Source: Rhizosphaericola mali
GTDB taxonomy: Bacteria; Bacteroidota; Bacteroidia; Chitinophagales; Chitinophagaceae
DNA length: 32,000 nucleotides
Assembly: GCF_004337365.2 (NCBI RefSeq)
Contig: NZ_CP044016.1
Location: 3,793,507 to 3,825,506 of the forward strand
Reading direction: 5' to 3'
A program made the position numbers and the translations under genes. The notes under the pieces are model-generated. The model saw nothing but the letters and a program-made list of their open reading frames with translations. It did no database searches and was not told where the DNA came from. The stretch's first letter is position 1. Each line of letters starts with the position of its first letter. Shown here one piece after another: positions 26,235-32,000 of this stretch.

Positions 26235-26257
26235 AAGGAACCGATTTTCGGTTCCTT
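26235..26257 (+). terminator. Rho-independent terminator downstream of SSS transporter gene
   Basis: A 9-10 bp stem AAGGAACCG(A)/(T)CGGTTCCTT is followed by TTATTTTTTAT. Confidence 0.8.
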
Positions 26258-26439
26258 TTATTTTTTATAAATATTTGTTATCATATTTTGATTTTGATCA
26301 CGATTAAAAAAGCTCCTTACATTTAGATTGCCAAACCTTTGAAAAATTGACCACTGTATTTATCTAGATTTATTCCAATGTAAGTCAATGTTCACTTTTT
26401 TGAGGTTTATCTCCTATTGATTCAATATATCTTGATTAC

Positions 26440-26619
26440 ATGAAAAATATCTTAATACCACTATTCATTTTCATTTTTCAATCGTATAGAATTTCTGCAC
26501 AAAAAATTTTGATTAGCGGACATGTGATTTCTCAAGCGAAAATTAGAATTAGGGATGATCGTACTATAACCAATACTTTTGGTGAATTTTCGATATCGGT
26601 AGTTTTTCATAGTAACTAA
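26440..26619 (+). pseudogene. 59-codon remnant resembling signal peptide plus first half of a CarboxypepD_reg-like domain (N-terminus of SusC/TonB-dependent receptor)
   Basis: My own translation gives MKNILIPLFIFIFQSYRISAQKILISGHVISQAKIRIRDDRTITNTFGEFSISVVFHSN*. The pattern SAQ..ISGxV......T.T...GxFxI is the usual start of Bacteroidota SusC-like receptors. The ORF stops after about 35 residues of the domain, 17 nt before the converging fabF stop. It is below the ORF-track length cutoff. Confidence 0.45.
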
Positions 26620-26636
26620 ACCTTAGTTAATTCATA

Positions 26637-27887
26637 TTAGTCGATATATTTTTTAAGAATTAATGCTGCGCAATGTCCACCAAATCCAAAGCTATTACTT
26701 AATGCATAATTTACTTTTTTTGAAAATGCTTTTTTACCTAAAGATAGATTTAACTCTTTAGGAATATTTGTATCGGTCTCATTCGTATTTATAGTTGGAG
26801 GGATTTGGTCTGTATTTACGCTTAAGCATGTCGAAATAGCTTCTATAGCACCAGTACCACCCAATAAATGTCCAGTCATAGATTTAGAAGCACTTACCTG
26901 AACTTTATCAAGATTGGTTGCAAATAGTTTTTCAATGGCTTTAATTTCTGATAAATCACCTAGTCCAGTTGATGTTGCGTGTGCATTGATATAGTCAATA
27001 TCATGAGGAATCAAACCAGCTTCTGCTATACCTTCGGTCATAGCTAAAAAAGCTCCAATACCATCCGGATGCGTTCCTGTTATATGATATGCATCTGAAC
27101 TCTCTCCTCCTCCAACAATTTCTGCGTACACTTTCGCTCCCCTTTTAATTGCAGATTCTAAACTTTCTACTACTAATGCACCAGCGCCTTCTCCAACTAC
27201 AAATCCATCTCTATTGGTATCAAACGGCTTCGATGCAGTTTGGTAATTTTCATTATTTGTTGACATCGCTTTCATTGCATTAAACTTACCTATAGAGGCC
27301 GCTGTAATAGGCGCCTCAGAACCGCCCGTAATGACAATGTCCGCTTTATTTAGGCGTATATAGTTAAAGGCGTGAATAATGCTTTGTGTCGATGCTGCAC
27401 AAGCAGTAACTGGGCAATAATTAATACCTCTGAGTCCATATTTTATTGAAATCATTCCAGACAATCCATTAGAAATGATTTTTGGAATAAAAAAAGGATT
27501 AAATCTGGGAATAAAATTACCTTTTGTATACTCAATTACTTCGTGTTCGAACGTTTCAAAACCGCCAATACCCGCCGAAAATATCACGCCGATTTTATTG
27601 ATATCCAATTTTGTAAAATCAAGCGCCGCGTCTTTTATAGCCTCGTCTGCAGCAATAATTCCATATTGGGCAAATCGATCCATTTTTCTTGCTTCCTTTT
27701 TGTCAAAGTATTCTAAAGCATCATAATTCTTAATCTCACAGGCAAATTGTGTTTTAAAATTTGTAGTATCAAAACGCGTTATTTTATCTGCACCAGATAC
27801 TCCATTTAATAAGTTATTCCAATATTCCTTTGTATTTTTTCCAATTGGTGTAATAGCTCCTAATCCTGTTATAACGACTCTTTTCAT
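26637..27887 (-). CDS. fabF: Beta-ketoacyl-ACP synthase II (FabF-type KAS), apparently a stand-alone paralog
   Basis: The 416-aa protein has an intact Cys-His-His triad context (PVTACAASTQS; NAHATSTGLGD; KSMTGHLLGGTGAIE) and the C-terminal NSFGFGGH. No acpP or other fab genes are adjacent. Confidence 0.88.
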   Translation of the reverse strand: MKRVVITGLGAITPIGKNTKEYWNNLLNGVSGADKITRFDTTNFKTQFACEIKNYDALEYFDKKEARKMDRFAQYGIIAADEAIKDAALDFTKLDINKIGVIFSAGIGGFETFEHEVIEYTKGNFIPRFNPFFIPKIISNGLSGMISIKYGLRGINYCPVTACAASTQSIIHAFNYIRLNKADIVITGGSEAPITAASIGKFNAMKAMSTNNENYQTASKPFDTNRDGFVVGEGAGALVVESLESAIKRGAKVYAEIVGGGESSDAYHITGTHPDGIGAFLAMTEGIAEAGLIPHDIDYINAHATSTGLGDLSEIKAIEKLFATNLDKVQVSASKSMTGHLLGGTGAIEAISTCLSVNTDQIPPTINTNETDTNIPKELNLSLGKKAFSKKVNYALSNSFGFGGHCAALILKKYID

Positions 27888-27902
27888 TTTATTTTTATTA
27901 TT

Positions 27903-27920
27903 ATATACCGAAAGGTATAT
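27903..27920. promoter_or_regulatory. Inverted repeat ATATACC-GAAA-GGTATAT between tetR and fabF (candidate TetR operator or RNA hairpin)
   Basis: The 7-bp arms flank a 4-nt spacer, 15 nt upstream of the fabF ATG. It shares the core ATACC-N4-GGTAT with the palindrome at 28538-28551. Confidence 0.5.
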
Positions 27921-27937
27921 ATTTAGTTAAATTTTTT

Positions 27938-28528
27938 TTATTTAATTTTTAATTCCCTAATTTCAGATTGTAAATAATCAATATTTTGTAGAAGAATATC
28001 AGGTTTGTCTAGTGTTTTAGCAAGCAAAATACTTCCCTCAATAAGTGCTATAATTTTGTATGAGAACGCCTCTACATCAATATTTTTAAATTCCCCTTTG
28101 CTCATACCTTCTTTCAATATTGAAATGATTGTTTCTCGCCAATTTTTAATAGATCGTGTAACTTCTTTTTTTAATAATTCATTTCCATCATCCGCATCTA
28201 CGGACGTATTCAAAATAGCACAGCCACCATTTTCAAATATGGGTTTAAATTCTGTTTTATAATGACCTAAGAATGCAATCATTTTTTCAACGGCATTATC
28301 TAACTGATTTATTTTTCCAATTATTCGTTCCGATTGAAATTTATAATTGAATTTAAATGCTTCTACGGCAACCTCATTTTTATCTTTGAAATTTCCATAA
28401 ATACTGCCTTTTGTTAAACCCGTAGCATTTGTTAGATCGGATAGGTATGTTCCTGTATATCCTTTTTTATTGAAAATAGAGGCTGTTTTTTCAATAATTA
28501 ACTGACGCGTTTTTTCTGATCTAACCAT
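27938..28528 (-). CDS. TetR/AcrR-family transcriptional regulator
   Basis: The 196-aa protein has the N-terminal HTH RQLIIEKTASIFNKKGYTGTYLSDLTNATGLTKGSIYGNFKDKNEV, typical of TetR_N. It lies directly upstream of the fabF paralog on the same strand. Confidence 0.9.
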   Translation of the reverse strand: MVRSEKTRQLIIEKTASIFNKKGYTGTYLSDLTNATGLTKGSIYGNFKDKNEVAVEAFKFNYKFQSERIIGKINQLDNAVEKMIAFLGHYKTEFKPIFENGGCAILNTSVDADDGNELLKKEVTRSIKNWRETIISILKEGMSKGEFKNIDVEAFSYKIIALIEGSILLAKTLDKPDILLQNIDYLQSEIRELKIK

Positions 28529-28537
28529 TTTACAAAT

Positions 28538-28551
28538 ATACCGTACGGTAT
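28538..28551. promoter_or_regulatory. Perfect 14-bp palindrome ATACCGTACGGTAT upstream of tetR (candidate autoregulatory operator)
   Basis: It lies 9 nt upstream of the tetR ATG. It has the same ATACC-N4-GGTAT core as 27903-27920 (12 of 14 positions identical). Confidence 0.5.
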
Positions 28552-28618
28552 TTTATTTTGCAACTTTCTTTTTGTTATATATATTAATTATATTTTTCAA
28601 AGTTGTTAGAACAAAAAA

Positions 28619-28636
28619 GGGACCAAGACTGGTCCC
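28619..28636 (-). terminator. Rho-independent terminator downstream of sppA
   Basis: A 7-bp GC-rich stem GGGACCA/TGGTCCC with a 4-nt loop is followed by a T6 run on the minus strand (plus-strand A run 28613-28618). Confidence 0.8.
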
Positions 28637-28659
28637 TTTTACTTTGTAACGATTTATCT

Positions 28660-30432
28660 TTATTTCAAATCAGCCGCAAATGGAATTCTCGTTTGAACAG
28701 AATTTGACATGGTTTGCAAATTTTTAAATCGCTTGTACACATCAAATTGCCAATCTCCCAAAGCATTTTTAATCATACTTTCTTGCATATCCCCACTTTT
28801 ATCCTCTCCAAATAATTTATCAAAAAATCCTTTTGTTTGTGGATATTCTTTCAAATAAAAGCTTTTTGACTTTGCTAATTTAGCTGCATATAAAACTGCA
28901 TCTTTCAATGTACCTGTACTATCTACCAATCCAATAGAAATTGCTCTTTTTCCAGTCCATACACGTCCTTGAGCAATGCTATCGACCTCAGCAATTGTTT
29001 TGTGTCGACCTTCCGCCACTCTACTCAAAAATGTATGATAAATAGAGTCCACACTCGCTTGGAACAAATTTCTTTCTGGTTGTGTTAATGGACGCCCCAT
29101 TGAACCTAAATCTGCATAAGGACCCGTTTTCACACCATCAAAAGTGACGCCTAATTTATTTTTCAAAAATGTACTTGGATTGATAAACATGCTAAATACA
29201 CCAATCGATCCTGTAATTGTATTTGGTTCTGCAAATATGTACGAACCATTACATGAGATATAATAACCGCCAGATGCCGCATAAGTTCCCATACTTACAA
29301 CTACTGGTTTTACTTTTTTAGCTAGCGCAATCTCTCTCCAAATAACATCACTAGCCAAAGCACTTCCCCCGGGTGAATTAACACGCAAAACAATCGCTTT
29401 TACAGAATTATCCAAACGAGCTGCTCGAATTATATTGCGGAAATTATCTCCACCGATAGATTTGTCTTCCCCTTGTCCGTCTACGATATCCCCTTCTGCG
29501 TAGATCAACGCAATCTTATCTTCTCCTGAAAAATCTTTGAAATCTGTCGCTTTTGCATAGGTAGCAAGAGAAACGAAATTTAATTTCGTTATGTCTGATT
29601 CATTGACTTTTTTACCTATTTCCGTTCTGATCTCATCGTCATATTTCAAACCGTCTACTAAATGATATTTCAATGCATCATTAGAAGTTTGAATCGCAGC
29701 GGTATTTGCTAAATTACGCAAAGTCGTCGTATCAATTTTGCGATCCACAGATACATCACTCAAAATTTTTCCGTAAATATCTCCAATCCACACTGTTGTC
29801 TGCAATCTATTGGCATCCGTCATTTGCGTAGCACGAAAAGGCTCGGTGGCACTTTTAAATTTGCCCGCATAAAAAATTTCTGGTTGAATTTCTAATTTAT
29901 CCAAAAGTCCTTTATAGAACATAAGGTTCGTTGACAAACCCGCCCATTCTACACCACCACTCGGATGTACGTATACCTTATCAGCGGAAGTTGCGACATA
30001 ATAGGCTCTTTGCGCGATCGCTGTTCCGTATGCATATACAAATTTGTTACTACGTTTGAAATTGGCAATGGCACTTTTTATCTCTTCGCTCGCAGCGTAA
30101 CTATTTGCATTATTATTTGCTTTAATAATGATTCCTTTAATCGCGGAGTCTCCCTTGGCATATTCAATCAGGCGAACCGCATCATACAAACCAACAGAAT
30201 AATCATCACTTCCTTTAAGTTTGTTAAATGCGCTGCTCACATCATCATCCGGATTAGATTGCTCTTGCATCGCATTAGAAAGATCAATAACCAAAATACC
30301 TTTCCCTCCAACTTTGGGTTTGTCTTTACTAAATGAACTCGCACCGATACCCATAAGGATAAAAAATCCCAATAGTGAAAATATCACCAATGCCAGTAAA
30401 CAGGCGAAAAAAATCTTAAAAAATACTTTCAT
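28660..30432 (-). CDS. sppA: Signal peptide peptidase SppA, 67K type (tandem S49 domains)
   Basis: The 590-aa protein has an N-terminal TM anchor and two S49 peptidase-like halves (IKGIIIKANN.. and VKAIVLRVNSPGGSALASD...MGTYAASGGYYIS). Confidence 0.9.
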   Translation of the reverse strand: MKVFFKIFFACLLALVIFSLLGFFILMGIGASSFSKDKPKVGGKGILVIDLSNAMQEQSNPDDDVSSAFNKLKGSDDYSVGLYDAVRLIEYAKGDSAIKGIIIKANNNANSYAASEEIKSAIANFKRSNKFVYAYGTAIAQRAYYVATSADKVYVHPSGGVEWAGLSTNLMFYKGLLDKLEIQPEIFYAGKFKSATEPFRATQMTDANRLQTTVWIGDIYGKILSDVSVDRKIDTTTLRNLANTAAIQTSNDALKYHLVDGLKYDDEIRTEIGKKVNESDITKLNFVSLATYAKATDFKDFSGEDKIALIYAEGDIVDGQGEDKSIGGDNFRNIIRAARLDNSVKAIVLRVNSPGGSALASDVIWREIALAKKVKPVVVSMGTYAASGGYYISCNGSYIFAEPNTITGSIGVFSMFINPSTFLKNKLGVTFDGVKTGPYADLGSMGRPLTQPERNLFQASVDSIYHTFLSRVAEGRHKTIAEVDSIAQGRVWTGKRAISIGLVDSTGTLKDAVLYAAKLAKSKSFYLKEYPQTKGFFDKLFGEDKSGDMQESMIKNALGDWQFDVYKRFKNLQTMSNSVQTRIPFAADLK

Positions 30433-30543
30433 AAAATTCCCTTAATTAATATCTCATAATGTGTTAATCCAATAATAATATCGACAATATTTCATTGAGC
30501 GCATAAAAATAGCGATATTTGTCCCCTTTTTTGAAAATAGTGT

Positions 30544-31032
30544 ATGAATATAGTTTATTTGTTGATAGGCGGTAATTTGGGGAACAGATTAGACAATCTT
30601 CATAAAGCAATTGAGTCCATCGGTGCACATTGTGGCCAGATATTGGCGGTTTCATCCATATATGAAACGGAAGCTTGGGGTTATACAGATCAACCTTCTT
30701 TTTATAATCAAGCCATCAAATTAGAAACGAGCATTTTTCCAGAAAGATTAATGAAAAAGCTTTTGGAAATAGAAACGAAATTAGGTCGCGTACGTGAGGT
30801 AAAAATGGGACCACGCGTGATCGATATTGATATTTTATTGGTAGAAGATCAATTATTTAACACGGATATATTAAAAGCGCCACATCCTTTTTTGGCACAG
30901 CGCAGATTTGCATTGATTCCATTGGCGGAGATTGCGTCAGAAGTGCGTGATCCAGCATCACACAAGCGCATTTCTACTTTATTGGCAGAATGTCCCGACA
31001 CTTTAGAAGTTAAGAAATTAGAACTCGTTTAG
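30544..31032 (+). CDS. folK: 2-amino-4-hydroxy-6-hydroxymethyldihydropteridine pyrophosphokinase (HPPK)
   Basis: The 162-aa protein has YLLIGGNLGN, SSIYETEAWG, GPRVIDIDILL and HPFLAQRRFALIPLAEI, the HPPK signature regions. Confidence 0.9.
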   Translation: MNIVYLLIGGNLGNRLDNLHKAIESIGAHCGQILAVSSIYETEAWGYTDQPSFYNQAIKLETSIFPERLMKKLLEIETKLGRVREVKMGPRVIDIDILLVEDQLFNTDILKAPHPFLAQRRFALIPLAEIASEVRDPASHKRISTLLAECPDTLEVKKLELV

Positions 31033-31050
31033 GTAAATAATAAAGAGCGA

Positions 31051-31683
31051 ATGCAATACAAACTGATCACAATAGAGGGCAATATCGGCGCGGGGAAAAC
31101 GACCTTAGCTAAAATATTGTCTGAGCGTTTGCATGGGCGTCTGATTTTAGAGTCATTTGAAGACAATCCTTTTCTTCCCAAATTTTATAAGGAGCCAGAG
31201 AAATATAGTTTTCCATTGGAATTATTTTTCATGGCGGAGCGATTTAAGCAATTGCAACATTCGGTAAATGGACCCGATTTGTTTCACGATACGACCATTT
31301 CGGATTATGTTTTTATAAAAAGTTTGTTATTTGCCAAAGTCACATTGGCGGAAGATGAATACAAATTGTATAAAAGACTTTTTCACATCATCAATAAGCA
31401 GTTGCCCAATCCAGATATCTTAATCTATTTACACGTACCGATACAAAAATTGCAGAAAAATATTCAAACACGGGATCGCTCTTATGAGCAATCCATTCCA
31501 GATGAATATTTGCAAAAAATTCAAAATACATACCTCGAATATCTCAAACAATCGGATCAAAAAGTATTGTTTGTAGAGGCAGAGAATGCCGATTTTTTAA
31601 CCGATTCCAAGCATGTAGATCTTATTTTGGATGCTTTATCCAAAGACTATTCGCCGGGAAAACATTACCTTCAACTTTCATAA
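31051..31683 (+). CDS. Deoxynucleoside kinase (dNK/dGK family)
   Basis: The 210-aa protein has the P-loop IEGNIGAGKTTLAK, then LESFEDNPFLPKFY, ERF and DRSYE motifs typical of bacterial deoxynucleoside kinases. Confidence 0.85.
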   Translation: MQYKLITIEGNIGAGKTTLAKILSERLHGRLILESFEDNPFLPKFYKEPEKYSFPLELFFMAERFKQLQHSVNGPDLFHDTTISDYVFIKSLLFAKVTLAEDEYKLYKRLFHIINKQLPNPDILIYLHVPIQKLQKNIQTRDRSYEQSIPDEYLQKIQNTYLEYLKQSDQKVLFVEAENADFLTDSKHVDLILDALSKDYSPGKHYLQLS

Positions 31684-31708
31684 TCAATCATCGAAGAACT
31701 AAATCTAT

Positions 31709-32000
31709 ATGGATAGTAGTATACCTCCCACCGCAAGTGGAAATAGTTTTTTAGAAAAAAATCCAGTATTAAAGAATAAAGAATTTATCGCATTTCTATT
31801 TATTCGCATCTTACTTATCTTTTGTCTCAATATGCAATCCACGACGATTTATTATTGGGTATATCAGATTACCAATGACAAATTAAAATTAGGCTTTGTT
31901 GGTTTAGCAGAGGTCATTCCAGCCGTAGGATTTTCCTTATTTGCGGGGCATATTGTCGATCTGAAGGAGAAACGTAATATGCTTTTGATGTGTATCATCG
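31709..32000 (+). CDS. MFS transporter, N-terminal part (partial, runs off window end)
   Basis: The frame is open from the ATG at 31709 to the window end: MDSSIPPTASGNSFLEKNPVLKNKEFIAFLFIRILLIFCLNMQSTTIYYWVYQITNDKLKLGFVGLAEVIPAVGFSLFAGHIVDLKEKRN. The hydrophobic TM1/TM2 segments and the GxxxD(R/K)xxRR-like loop are typical of MFS transporters. It is not in the ORF track. Confidence 0.65.
   Translation, partial: MDSSIPPTASGNSFLEKNPVLKNKEFIAFLFIRILLIFCLNMQSTTIYYWVYQITNDKLKLGFVGLAEVIPAVGFSLFAGHIVDLKEKRNMLLMCII

Noticed and set aside
26316-26384. 8-bp inverted repeats CTTACATT / AATGTAAG separated by 53 nt, upstream of the SusC-like remnant, considered as MITE-like termini.
   Set aside because: The arms are short and AT-rich, and there are no target-site duplications or further repeat copies in the window. 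It is indistinguishable from chance.
26613-26629. Hairpin TAACTAA-ACC-TTAGTTA between the SusC-like remnant and the fabF stop, considered as a bidirectional terminator.
   Set aside because: The stem is a weak AT-rich 7 bp with a 3-nt loop and no U tract on either strand.

Overview
This is a low-GC Bacteroidota chromosomal window that is almost fully coding and mostly housekeeping. All family calls come from reading motifs in the supplied translations and DNA, since no searches could be run.

Gene content in order:
- The 5' end of a 16S rRNA gene lies on the minus strand (1-337). A leader and promoter region of about 450 bp precedes it and carries three tandem promoter modules of about 100 bp each.
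- Next come yceI-marR, a tonB-like gene and mfd.
- An uncharacterised three-gene envelope operon follows: a 378-aa lipoprotein, a 798-aa lipoprotein and a DUF1543 protein.
- Then come a SlyD-type FKBP, a DUF1343/NamZ-family protein, a small conserved ORF, a ChaN-like haem-binding protein, an adrenodoxin-type [2Fe-2S] ferredoxin, a TrxR-type ferredoxin-NADP reductase and grpE-dnaJ.
- A sugar cluster without SusC/D follows (GH2 beta-galactosidase, GH97, FGGY kinase, SSS symporter). It ends in a 59-codon remnant of a SusC/TonB-receptor N-terminus.
- The window closes with a tetR-fabF-paralog operon, sppA, folK, a deoxynucleoside kinase and the start of an MFS transporter.

I see no CRISPR array, transposase or integrase, tRNA, phage genes or recognisable defence-system domains.

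Points worth a second look:
1. The translationally overlapping lipoprotein/lipoprotein/DUF1543 operon of unknown function (6727-10801).
2. Two pairs of regulator-linked palindromes. An identical 16-nt element sits upstream of both marR and yceI, and an ATACC-N4-GGTAT element sits upstream of both tetR and the fabF paralog.
3. The triple rRNA promoter repeat, which shows a compensatory base change in a palindrome at the start-site region.
4. The SusC-like remnant at the junction with the tetR-fabF module.
5. TAnnTTTG -7 boxes that abut the ferredoxin and mfd start codons and predict leaderless mRNAs.

None of these amounts to a clear novel system on sequence evidence alone.
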